Positions 27,001-38,836 of a DNA stretch of 64,000 nucleotides are shown here, piece after piece. Position 1 is the first letter of the stretch. Each line of letters opens with the position of its first letter. Origin of the DNA: Nymphaea colorata (taxonomy: Eukaryota); the NCBI RefSeq assembly GCF_008831285.2, contig NC_045138.2, positions 10,850,001 to 10,914,000 of the forward strand, written 5' to 3'. The notes under the pieces are model-generated. The model had not been told where the DNA came from and searched no databases. It saw nothing but the letters and a program-made list of their open reading frames with translations. Both the position numbers and the translations under genes were made by a program.

Positions 27001-29988
27001 AAATTGAAGTTGGATGACAAAACATTATTGTATATTTTCTTGGGTTATGTGGATGAAGACTTTGGCTATAAGCTGTGGAATCCTCACATTAGAAAGACTT
27101 TTAGAAGTCAATATGTTTTTTTTTAAGAAGATAAAACAATTGAAGACTTTGAACAAAGAGCCCAACAAAAGGTTGTTGGAGAGAGGATTGAAGGGTACAC
27201 CAATTACTTATGACATATGGTGGTGTCATTCGACAAAAACAAGGTGAAAATGTTGAACTTGATGAAGATTCTCATGGATATGATAATGGTGATAATGAAG
27301 TTTTAATTATCATCAAGTTGATGGGGAACATGTATTACTTGATAGGCTGGTTGTGCAAGTTGTGAGAAGAAGTTCAAGAGTTTTCAATTTATCTACAAGG
27401 TGCAATTCTTTCGAGCATATTATGGTTATCAATAGTGATGAACCAAAAAATTTTAATGAAGTTCAAAAGATGTTCACAAAAATGAGTTGACAAAGTCAAT
27501 GTAAGAGGAAATGAATTCTGTGCATAAGAACATACTTATGACTTGGTGGAAATGCCTAAAGGCAATTTTGAAGCATAAGTGGGTGTAGAAGAGGCACAAG
27601 CACTACAAACCAAAGTTGGTTGTGCAAAGCTTCAAACAAAAGGAATGAATTGACTTTAATGAAAGTTTCTCACCAATGGTAAAAGTGTCATCAATTTGGG
27701 TTGTGCTAGGTTATGCTGCAAGTTTGAATCCAGAAGTTGAGCAAATATATATGAAGTTAGTTTTGTTTTTTTCTTTTTTTATGGTGACTTAACTGAAGAG
27801 ATCTACATGAAACAACTAGAAGGCTTCAAAGTTAAGGCAAAGAACATATCGTTTGCAATAATAAGAGTTTATATGGGTTGAAACATACCAAGACAATGGT
27901 ATATAATACTCAACTCACATTCATGGTGGAGCATGACTACTTTAAATCATTGACAAACCATTGTTTGTACATCAAAAAACATTCCAATGACAATTTTATT
28001 ATTCTTTGTCTTTAGGTTGATGATATGTTTATTATTGACAAAAAATATAAACTGGATTAAGAAATTAAAGCACCATTTAAGTAAGTCTTTTGATATGAAA
28101 GACTAGAGTGCCCCAACAAGCAACTCTTAGGAATGCATATCTCCTGATATAGAGAAAGGAATAAACATTGATTATCCAAAGAGGAATATATTGAAAAATT
28201 GCAAAACGGTTTTAAATAAAACATACAAAGCCATGCAAATGATTTCAAATTAAGCTCAAAACAACACCCTTCAAATGAAAAAGGGAAAAAAATGAAATGA
28301 TGAGAACTACATATGCTTTTGCAATGGGAAGATTTGATGAATGCAATGGTTGTGGTCGACCTAACATAGCACATGCAATTGGAGTTGTTAGTAGATTTCT
28401 TGCTAATCTAAGTAAAAAAACATTGAGTTGTAATCAAATAGATTCTAAAATATCTCAGAGGTCGTTTGATTGCTGTCCATTGGGACATGACAGATAGGAC
28501 GTCCCGTCTATCACACTGCTGTCCTGTTCTCATGGACAATGATGTCATTTGTCCACCGTTTGATGATTTTAAGAACAGAACATTATGTTCTTTTTGTCCG
28601 ACGTTTGTTTCACATACGTCTGTTCTATCTGTTCTCTCCGTTCTGTCTAGTGTTTATTTACATTTTGTTTGGTCTGTCCATTCTGCCCGATGTTTGTGTC
28701 TTCCATGATAAGTTCTGTATGTTCTGTTTGTCTGGTGTTTGTTTATGTTATATTTAAACTGTAACACAAGTGAAAGAAAGAAAAAAAAAAACCAAAGCAA
28801 TTGACATTTGTGTGCACTCTTTGGAGTGAATTAAACTTCTGGGTTGAGGCACATTGCAATGAGATCTGGCACACCATAAAAAACCGATAATTACATTTTC
28901 TACAAGCAGCAAGGGCAAAAAAATGAACTATTGTTTTTTCACCAGTAACAAAAATTATCGTTGTTTATGTCAATTTTCCATGTCCAATAGGAGAATGACA
29001 TCACCCCTACTTTACTCGCTCGTTCCTCAAAGCCCAATGTGACACAGAGCTGTGAACAACAACACTTCTCTTTTCAAAATAAACTTTTTCTTTACAAAGA
29101 AAAGAAATACAATACGAGACAAAAAAATTGCGCAAATCTGTACATTCTAAAATAAGTATATACTTGACATCAATAGGGTGCTCCCCAAGTGACGTTTGTC
29201 AACACTCTTTGGAGTTGGGATATTGCCCTAGGCATTGTTGACCCCCAACTCTTTGTTGACGATAATGGCAGCTTTCTTCAAGTTAGGTGGAACACTTCTC
29301 AATCTAAAGTTCACCATCTTGATCTCTCCCTTATACTTAGAACTTTTCCAGGTTGGGAGCATAACTTTCACATTCTTTAATTTTCTCATAAAAGAATGGT
29401 TACTTGCCTCCGCCGAACATAACTGTTTAAGAAGCTCCCCTTTAATCTTCCTTCCATGAACTGAAGGAACAATGCCTGGTTAGTTACTACAACAACGCAA
29501 CTGTATATTGGAAACATTACATATATTGGACAAACTAAAAGAAGAGTTTACATTACGCGGACAAAAGAAGAGCCTACATTAAAGCTAATTAACTCAAGGC
29601 GACTCATAACTCTTCATTTAAAATGTAGCGCTTAATCTTTTAAAAATGCCAACTTGTTTTAAGACCATAGTAACTGACGTAAAAACTAGCAATAGATATT
29701 ATACAAGAATTTACCAACAGAAAGTGGATACATGCAGCCAATTACTGAAGCTTGAAAACTATTTGAATCACAAAAGGCATGAGGTGCTTGGCTCCCTCAA
29801 ATGTCGGAGTCTGATCCGGCTGGCAAGAGCAATTGCTTAAGCATTCAACGTACTTAGACTGACCAAGTGTCTTATGCTTAAAACACTAAATTTAAGTTTT
29901 TGACTCATCAAGACTTCTTTTAAGAGACTGATCTGATAGTTTGATGGTCTCCTCATGCAGTGCTTTGCCCTTCTACCTTGGTTGGGGG

Positions 29989-30458
29989 TGTTAGAATGTA
30001 TGTTTTCCTATATATATATATATATAAATTAGTGTGCTAATATATGTCTTACATATGTAGATATGTGTATATTTTAAGGTACCTAGGTCATACTTGTAAT
30101 TTTCCTTTTTCTTTAATGTATTTTTCTATTTCTTTTTACACCTTTATTATTATTTAAGAGGAGAACTAGCTGTTGGGCCTCTCTCCAACGACTAGAATTC
30201 TAGCCGTTGGAAATGGCCCAACAACCATTTCCCCTCCTCCTCTCTTCTTCCCTTGTATTATAAATAAGGGACTGTTGTCCCCTTTTAGGTAATGGCTTGT
30301 TAAGCTACATCTTGTAGTATTTTGCCTTGTTTGGCTGAATATCAATATATTTTCCTTATCCTCTTGTTAGAGGATTCTTGTGTATTGCCTTGTTGAGTTA
30401 GTGAGAGATTCAATAGTGATATTCTTGAAGTATTTGCCTAACTTGGGCCTGATTTACA
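29989..30458 (+). repeat. 5' LTR of copia copy A
   Basis: TGTTAGAATG...GATTTACA, immediately followed by the PBS. Confidence 0.95.
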
Positions 30459-33400
30459 TGGTATCAGAGCCTCGTCTTTGGCTCTTTGTCTTGCTGCCAT
30501 TCAAGATTAAAAGTTCAGTTTTTATTCATACATTGGAGCAGTCAAGCACTCCAAGTGTTCGAGATATTGCTTGCTGCAGTCTTACACAAGAAGAAGAGTG
30601 TTTTTGCTGGCTTCTTTTTGGTGATTTCTTGACAAAATTTAGCTCCCTTGGTGGTGAGCTCGTGGCTGTTGGAAGGGTGACTGGTTTCTATTATTGTTGA
30701 GTTTTTATCCTTGTCGTGGACTTCTTTTCACGTGGCTGCCATCTTCTTCATAACTTGTAAGTGGATCTACCTTGTTGATTGTGCCCATGGATGACAAAGT
30801 CTTTTCTCTTTCTTTTCCCAAACTCTCGTCAACAAATTACATACAATGGGCTAGAACTATGGAACACTTTATTCGTAGTAAAAGCCTTTGTGGACTAGTT
30901 GATTGGACAAAACTTGAACCACAACTAGTCCTTACGAAAGTTGTTGATGGAAGGGCTATGGAATTGGATGCAACCGAAAAAGAGAAGGTAATGGCTGAAT
31001 ACAACAAGAAATGGGAAGAATGGAGTGTTGGTCATCACAAAATTATTACTTGGATCTTGACTTGTGTTGACAATGCTACTAGCGGGCAAATCTCTAAATT
31101 AAATTCTGCCCTAGAAGCTTGAGAATATCTAAAGAAAACTCATACAATGAGAGATGTTGCTTATATGCATTATGTTCAACTCAAAATTCACAATTTTCAA
31201 CAAGGAGATAGATCCATTAAAGATTATGTGGCTGAAATGGATCAATTGTATGATGAATTGAGTATTTTTGAACCACATTGGACACAAGATCTTATTCTTA
31301 GAGAAAAGCAAATACAACGTGAGAAGTTTTACAAGTTTATTATAGGTCTTAGACCGGAATTTGATGGTGTCAAAACCGCTTTACTTCATCGTTCTAAAAC
31401 ACCATCTATGAATGAGGCTATTGTGGAGCTTCAAATGAAGGAAAATCGTCTTTGTCTTGATAAAGAGAAAGTCAACAATGTGTTTGTCACATCTAGGCCG
31501 GGGGCCCATTTGAGACCTTATAGACCTCAATGAAGGAGCAAGAAGAAAAGTTATTTGCTATCATTGTCAAGAAGAATGACATACCAAGCCAAGATGTCCA
31601 AAACTTAGAACTTTTGACAAAAGAAGCAATGTTGCGACTCCAATCCAAGAAGAAAGAAAAGAAGCAAGCTCATTCCAACTTGATCAACTCATAAGTGTTC
31701 TTCAACCGTTTCTAAAAGGAGGAGGCACGCCTTCCACTTTGGGAGCTACCGTGGCATCTACTTCTTCAAGTAAGTATTCTTGAATTATTGATTTGGGTGC
31801 ATCTTTTCATATGACGCCTTGTGGATCCCTTCTCACCGAATGCACTAAAAATGATTCTTATTCCTTTGTGAAAACGGCGGATGGAACTTCTTTTGAAATT
31901 GATTTTATTGGAAATCTTGACCTAGATTTTGGATCCAAAACTTTAAAAGTACCTCAAGTAAGACACATTCCTACATTAAGCTTAAATTTATTGTCCGTTT
32001 CTCAAATAGCCGACCTTGGTTTTGATATAATCTTCTTACAATCCAAATGTTTGATACAGGACCAAGTATCCAAGAAGACGATTGGGGAAGGTTTTAGAAC
32101 AAAAGGTCTCTACTACATAAACTTTTTGGATCTTTCAAGACCATATTGCAATATTTCCAAAGAATGTAACATTCAAACTTGGCAACAAAGACTTGGACAT
32201 TCCAATATAGAAAAAATGTCTCATCTTCCCTTCATGGAGAATTTTTGTCAAAAGAACTTTTGTTGTAATGATTGTATCAAGGCTAAAATGAAAGTCTTAC
32301 CTTTTGATAATAGAAACTTTATTGCCCAAAAATCTTTTGATTTAGTGCATTCGGATGTATGAAGACCCGCTCCTATTATGTCGAAAGGAGGATTATTGTA
32401 CTATGTGATTTTTATTGATGATTATTCTATGCATACTTGGGTTTACTTTCTCAAACCAAATCGGAGATTTTCATAAACTTTAAAAATTTCTACAACATGA
32501 TCTATACCCAATTTGGCTCAAATATCAAAGTCTTTAGAAGTGATTCGGGAGGAGAATTTATGTCAAATGAATTTCAATAATTTCTAAAAGAAAAATGTAT
32601 TGTTCATCAAAAATCTTGTCCTAACACTCCACAACAAAATGGAGTGGCCGAGCCTAAACATAGGCACATTATTGAAACTACTAGAGCCCTTCTTTTATCT
32701 AAAAATGTTCCCAAAAACTTTTGGGCTGAGGCTGTTTTGACTTCAACCTATTTAATTAATAGAATGCCTACCAAACTTTTGAAACATGTTTCTCCTTTTG
32801 AGAAACTTCACCATGTTAAACCTAATTACAATAGACTTAAAGTCTTTGGTTGCAAATGTTTTGTGTTAAGTGACAAAGATGATAAGCTTTCTTCCAAAGC
32901 CATTTCTTATGTTTTTATTGGGTATTCCGAAACTCAAAAGGGTTATAGATGTTATGATATTGAAAAAGATAAAGTTTATGTTTCAAGAAATATGATCTTT
33001 CTAGAAAATGAAGATGGTTTCAAAGATGAACCCAAGAAACTAGAAGATTATACTTTTGTTTGGACTAATGATATTGATGATGATGATGATATTGATGATG
33101 ATGAACCCGATAAAGTTATAGAAGTGCCAATTGAAGAAGTCAACAATGACAATTCTACTCATTTGATTCCTCCAAAAGAGATCTTAGTTTATAGAAGAAG
33201 AGATACCCAAAATCAAGAAAACTAATCAATCTCTCCTTAGGAGATCTCAAAGGCACACTAGACCTCCTCAAAGATTTATCTTTTATGAGTCTTTTTCCCC
33301 AAAATTTCGAGCTTGTCTTATGGCACATCATTCTTTTTATGAGCCATCTTCTTACCTTAAAGCTAAGGAAGATCCCAATTGGATTGAAGCCATGAATCTT

Positions 33401-34873
33401 GAACTTAAAGCTCTTGAAAGCAACAAGACTTGGGATATTGTGTCTTTACCAACAGGGAAAAAGACTATTGGTTGTAGATGAATCTACAAAATCAAAACTA
33501 GAAGTGATGGAACCTTAGAAAGATACAAGGTCAGACTTGTTGCCAATGGATATGCTCAAGAATATGGGATTGATTATGAAAAAACCTTTGCTCCTGTTGC
33601 TCGCATGACTTCTGTTAGAACTCTTATTGTCATTGCTTCTGTTAAACATTGGACTATTTTTCAAATGGATGTTAAAAATGCTTTCTTAAATGGTCAACTG
33701 CAGGAACAAGTTTTCATGAGTGCTCCCCCTGGTTTTGATCTACCTCAAAACAAAGTGTTACGTCTTAAGAAAGCCCTTTATGGTTTAAAACAAGCTCCCA
33801 AGGCCTGGTTTGATAAGTTTAATAGTGTCATGTTTAATCAAGGTTTTCAATCTTGCTACTCTGACACTGCCATGTTTGTAAAAACCACCTCCGTAGGCGT
33901 AATTCTTTTATTATTGTATGTTGATGATATGGTTATTACTGGGAGTGATGATAAATGGATTACAGAGGTTAAACATTTTCTTAACAAATGCTTTCAGATG
34001 ACTGATTTGGGAAGACTAACTTATTTTCTTGGAATTGAAGTTGTTTATAGCAAACAAGGTTATCTTCTTTCTCAAATGAAGTTTGCCAGTGAATTAGTTG
34101 ACAGAACAGGTATCTCAGATGACAAAGTTGTGGATACTCCAGAGGCACTAGGAGTAAAAATGAAAATTGATGATGGAGAGATATTGGAGAATCTCACTCC
34201 TTTTCGGCAAATAGTTGGCGCTCTCTCTTATCTCTCCATCACCAGACCTGACATTGCTCATGTCGTGCATGTGATAAGCCAATTTCAACAAAGACCCTCC
34301 TCAGTGCACATGGGAGCGGCAATGCGGATTATCCGTTATGTGAAAAACACTATCAACAAAGGACTATTTCTGTCTTCCTCTTCTATATTAGAATTAGTTG
34401 CTTATACAGATGCTGATTGGGGTGGAGATCCCAACAATAGGCACTCTACCACTGGTTTTTGTGTGTTTTTAGGTGATTCCTTGATCTCCTGGCAATGCAA
34501 GAAACAAAATAAGGTGTCACTATCATCAACAGAAACTGAGTATCGTGCGATGACAACTACAACAATGGAGATAGTGTGGCTTAAAAGCTTATTGAAGGAC
34601 ATGAGAATTCATATCATGAATCCTGTCAAGCTTTGTTGCGACCACAAAAGTGCAATCTATATTGCTAGCAATCACACATTTCATGAAAGAACAAAGCATA
34701 TAGAGATTGACTGTCATTATGTTCGTGAAGAGTTCCTTCAGAAAAACATAGATCTCTCCTATGTTCCCTCTAAATATCAACTAGGAGATTTCTTTACCAA
34801 GGCTCTTGCTGCTGCCAGGTTTCAATTTCTCCTTGGCAAACTTTTGGTTATCACACCGTAAGTTTGAGGGGGA

Positions 34874-34891
34874 TGTTAGAATGTATGTATT

Positions 34892-34980
<89 letters not shown>

Positions 34981-35422
34981 ACATTACATATATTAGTGTG
35001 CTAATATATGTCTTACATATATAGATATGTGTATATTTTAGGGTACCTAAGTCATACTTGTAATTTTCCTTTTTCTTTTATGTATTTTTCTATTTCTTTT
35101 TACACCTTTATTATTATTTAAGAGGGGAACTAGTTGTTGGGCCTCTCTCCAACGGCTAGAATTCTAGCCGTTGGAAATGGTCCAACAGTCATTTCCCCTC
35201 CTCCTCTATTCTTCCCTTGTATTATAAATAAGGGACTGTTGTCCCCTTTTAGGTAATGGCTTGTTAAGCCACATCTTGTAGTATTTTACCTTGTTTGGCT
35301 GAAGATCAATATATTTTCCTTATCCTCTTGTTAGAGGATTCTTGTGTATTGCCTTGTTGAGTTAGTAAGAGATTCAAGAGTGATATTCTTGAAGTATTTG
35401 CCTAACTTGGGCCTGATTTACA
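34874..35422 (+). repeat. 3' LTR of copia copy A
   Basis: Follows the PPT; matches the 5' LTR but has a longer (TA)n(TG)n tract. Confidence 0.95.
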
Positions 35423-35842
35423 GGAGGCACGTTGTACACATTCTTAAGCATATCCTGCATCTTACAGAGCATCAACATCTGAGAAGATTCACCTCCACCT
35501 GATAGCCTGGAGGATTCCTGGAGCCTGATCTTCTCAAATAGGCAACGTTTTTCTGCTTCTGCCTCATTCAGTCTCTGCTGCAGGAAACTACTAGCATACT
35601 CTTCCTCTGCCTTCTCAGATTTGGCCAGCTTATCCTTTTCAGCCTCTCGGCTTCACACCTGCCTTCAGTGGCCTTAATCTGAAACATGTCGGCCTCTCCC
35701 TTATACCTGCACTATAATATTATTGATTTCTCATTTAGACGACCATCACCATCGCAGCAGACCATTCCAACACTAAACAAGTTATTATGAAATTAATTGA
35801 TATCAGATTGTGTCAAATTACTTCAATTGGCTGCAAGCTTAC

Positions 35843-35988
35843 AACAGATAAAGAGACACGTCAGTTGATAAATATATGGAGGGAATCCCCTGTGAGGCAG
35901 AGGTTGTTGCATCAACTATTTCATCAAAACTTCCAGAAGATAGAAGAGCTGTTGCTAGCCTCCTGATCCGGCCTTCAAGAGGTTCGAA
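35843..35988 (-). pseudogene. Captured exon of an unidentified host gene ('gene X')
   Basis: A 146-nt segment bounded by AG|...|GTAAGC with an open frame FEPLEGRIRRLATALLSSGSFDEIVDATTSASQGIPSIYLSTDVSLYL(L). It is followed by an intron (35842-35707) ending TGCAG. The likely original continuation is at 29336-~29227 (YKGEIKMVNFRLRSVPPNLKKAAIIVNKELGVNNA*). Identity not recognised. Confidence 0.5.
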
Positions 35989-37272
35989 CTATCAGTGCCA
36001 GGGAGGCGATGCTAGTCGTGAGAGAGAAAGAGAGTGAGAGGTGAAGAAATGAAAACTGATTTTGCGGAAAAACTCTCAGGCGAGCATGCGCCACTCTAGG
36101 GTTGGGGAAAAGGGCGAGTTGGATGAGGGAGGCGAGTGCGGCGGAGATGATGGTGTTTCTCATCACTCATGCTTGATGTCAAGAAAAAAGTAGCAGGGTA
36201 GGAGGACAGAGGAGAGGAAGGGCGAGGGCTGGGCACGAGGCCGGAGGAGAAGGAGAGAAAGGGCAAGGGCTGGGCAGAAGGATGGAGGAGAAGGAGGGAA
36301 AGGATGAGGGCAGCTCGAGGTCGGGGGTGGAGACGAAGAAGGAGAGAAATAAAAAAGGGGGGGACAGCTCGGGTTCGGGGGAGAGAATGCCAGATGTCCT
36401 TCGATGCCTGTTCCGTGGTTTACCACGGAACACGTTGGAACGTCTTCCCCTTTTATACCCACTGTTCTTCGTCCTTCGTGTCTCTTCTGTTCTCTGTCCG
36501 ATGTTTGCATTGATTTCTCCTAAACAGGACATGTCTGTTCTGTTCTGCGGTGTTCCAATGTCATCAAACGACCTCTCAAAGTATCTCCAAGATGAGTATA
36601 CATTTTGGAAATTGTTAAACCAAAGATTGAGGGATTTCACAAACGTACAATTAAAGTAGTGATGGAGATTCAAGAAAGTCTACATCGGGATATGTTTTTA
36701 CTTTTCTAAGAAGAGTAGTTTCATGCAGAAGTATGTTATGCTTTCTACTACCGAAACTGAGTATATTACCACAACTAAAGCATTTAAGGAAATGCTATGC
36801 ATGAAGAATAACATCAAAGATTTGGGCTTAGTGCAAAAAGAGTATGTGGTTAGTTGTCAAAGTGCTATACATTTGGCCAGAAATCCAGCTTATTATTCCA
36901 AGTGCAAAAGTATTGACTTCAGATATCATTAGGTCAGAAATGGCATAGAGTTGAAGTTGGTATAGCTAAAGAAGATTCACATGAAAAGTAATCTGTCAGA
37001 CATGATGATGAAGACCCTACCAGAGGACAAAGTAGAGCTTTGTCAATGTTTGTAGGAGTTGTTGCTAATTGATGATTGGCAAGGTGTGTCATGCACTATA
37101 TGAGGTGATGCCTCCATGAGTATGGAAGGGGTGATTGTTGGATTTGGGTTCAACTTCATTTGGGTTGATCAATTTCTCTTTCGTGCTCTTTGTTTTAGAC
37201 AATCCAATGTGGGGTTTGACTGAAAGGTCTATACTTGTTCATATTTTATGCCATAAATTTAAACCCTTATAT

Positions 37273-38381
37273 TAAGGCTGGGCATCAGGCCGGGCCGGGT
37301 TAGCCCGGCCCAATAAAAACGTCCATTTTTAAGCCTGATTACTTTATCGAGCCAGCCCGATACCCGGCCCGTTAATAATCGGGTCGGGCCAGGCCTATAG
37401 CTAATCGAGCCTTGGGCTTGATCTTATGCCCGAGGTCTGGCCCAATTATTAACGGGCCGGGCTTCTTTTGGACTGGCTTCTCTTACATGGTGATATTTCC
37501 TGTGAGCAACCTGAGCCCTGTTGCATTCGAAGTTCTAACCAGTTACATAGACACAAATGCAGATGTTGGATACAATCCACCCACAAACTGCCTTATTAAA
37601 TTAGGGAAACAACTAACATGCACAGAACAATTAGAATGTCATATTGATTCATTAAACATCTTGCGTGCAAAAAATTTGTTCAACAACCAAAAATGATGTT
37701 ATGAAGGCAAATAAGATGGAAAATCATTCGCCATCACCATCCAAAAAACAAAACCCTGACTAATTCAATGCTCTAATTATTCGACTATTTCTAGCTTTCA
37801 CACTCACCGACAACAGAGACAATCGTAAATATTCGAACAGTAAATATTCGAACATGAAAGCAGGTTTAGGAAATGAAGAAGCATAAGAAGGGAGAACTGG
37901 GAGAGAAATCTTTCCTCTCCCGCGGGACGAGAGACAGCCGATCGGCGACGGTGACGACCAAAGGAAACAGCTGAATAGCCGATGGGCGACGACCGACGGG
38001 AAGGACCAGAGGAAGTGGTCGATGGGCAATGGAGAGGACTGGAGGAGGCAGTCTCGCTGGTCTTGCTTGCAGAGCCGCAGAGGAGTGGAGGACTAGAGGA
38101 GAACGACAGACAACTAGAGAATGAAAGTATCATGTATGAAATGAAAACCCTGACCTAAGCTCATTTTTGTGGAAAAAAAATATATTTTTTAAAAATTATT
38201 GTCGGGCTTCTCAGGCCCCCGACAAACACAGTCGAGGGCCCGAGCCCAACCCATTAATTGTTGGGCCGGGCCGGGCCCGATAAAGTGAGCTCGTTTAGCA
38301 GTTTTTCAAGGCCTGGGCCCAGGCCCGAGTCGGGCCGAGTACCAGGTACCCGGCAGTGGCCCGGCTCGGTGCCCAGGCTTA
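37273..38381. mobile_element. Non-autonomous hAT element (1.1 kb) inserted in the 3' LTR of the old copia
   Basis: TIRs TAAGGCTGGGCATC / GGTGCCCAGGCTTA, a perfect 8-bp TSD CCTTATAT (37265-37272, 38382-38389), and GGGCCGGG/CCCG subterminal repeats. Confidence 0.92.
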
Positions 38382-38792
38382 CCTTATATGTCTTTGTTCT
38401 TAAAAAGGGTGAGAGATTTTGTCATTGGACTGTTCATTTACATGTGGGTGTATAAGAAAGAGAGAGAGAAAACTTCTTCTACCATACAAGATCCATTGTA
38501 TGCATTTTCACATAGTGGATTTTTTTGCAGTGGCCCCATGGTTTTTCCCTCTCATTTAAAAGAGGTTTTTCATATAAATCAGTGTGTTATTTTCTTTATT
38601 TGATCTACTTTTCAGTTTGTTATTGTTATTTTATTGTATTCTCATTGATTGAGCTCATAGATGATTAAGATTTGCTTTCTTGAGGGGTTTACTGTAATGT
38701 GCATACCAAGTGTTTCTTAAGATGTCCACATAAAGAGGAAATCTTTTGCACCTTTGGTTTTCTCCTCAACAAATTAAAGAGAAAGATATACG

Positions 38793-38836
<44 letters not shown>

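Larger units (their letters stand above)
29989..35422 (+). mobile_element. Ty1/copia LTR retrotransposon (Ale-like), full length but with stops and frameshifts; copy A
   Basis: LTRs at 29989-30458 and 34874-35422 (TG...CA), PBS TGGTATCAGAGC at 30459-30470, PPT TTTGAGGGGGA, TSD GGGGG/GGAGG. Gag zinc knuckle CYHCQEE*HTKPRC; protease DLGASFHMT; integrase FDLVHSDV...; RT QMDVKNAFL, LYGLKQAP, YVDDM; RNase H DADWGG...STETEYRAM...HERTKHIEIDCHYVRE. Confidence 0.97.
29953..35696 (-). pseudogene. OBE: Captured 3' fragment of an OBERON (OBE1/OBE2-like) gene: C-terminal coiled coil, split by the copia insertion, with two 1-nt frameshifts
   Basis: The - strand from 35696 reads EADMFQIKATEGRCEAERLKRI/LAKSEKAEEEYASSFLQQRLNEAEAE/RCLFEKIRLQESSRLSGGGESSQMLMLCKMQDMLKNVYNVP. 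After removing the copia and one TSD copy it continues PTKVEGQSTA* (stop 29955-29953). This matches the recalled OBERON C-terminus EADMFQLKA..ARREAERLQRI..AKS.K.EEEYAS.YLKQRL.EAEAEK.YLFEKIKLQE. Confidence 0.85.
28458..36575. mobile_element. Non-autonomous PIF/Harbinger-type TIR element carrying host-gene fragments (Pack-type), ~2.7 kb without the nested copia
   Basis: Perfect 13-bp TIRs GAGGTCGTTTGAT / ATCAAACGACCTC and a 3-bp TSD TCA/TCA (28455-28457, 36576-36578). TGTTCT/TGTCC-rich subterminal regions at both ends; no transposase motif. Removing the element rejoins the host copia RT (…ILKYLK…). Confidence 0.88.
24661..38771 (+). mobile_element. Old, heavily degenerate Ty1/copia LTR retrotransposon (Tork/Tnt1-like), interrupted by nested insertions
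   Basis: 5' LTR ~24661-25246, then a degenerate Met-PBS TAGTATCAAAGC (25247-25258). Gag NGRNWQVWKAKMDDL; protease LGASYHVTP; GAG-pre-integrase HKRLGDMSEKG. RT continues to ILKYL at 28457 and resumes at 36579; RNase H LSTTETEY...CQSAIHLARNPAYYSKCKSIDFRYH. PPT GGAAGGGG precedes the 3' LTR at 37136-38771 (TGTTGG...CAACA). Flanks AATCA/AATTA are a near-TSD. Confidence 0.88.

Noticed and set aside
30185..30210. CTAGAATTCTAG in the LTR as a heat-shock element (ONSEN-like)
   Set aside because: GAA and TTC are adjacent rather than in nGAAnnTTCn spacing, and there is no third unit.
36163..36673. Overlapping 115-164 aa ORFs at the right end of the Harbinger element
   Set aside because: They are low-complexity purine/pyrimidine-rich sequence, and two of them cross the element boundary. 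There is no Harbinger DDE or Myb/SANT motif.
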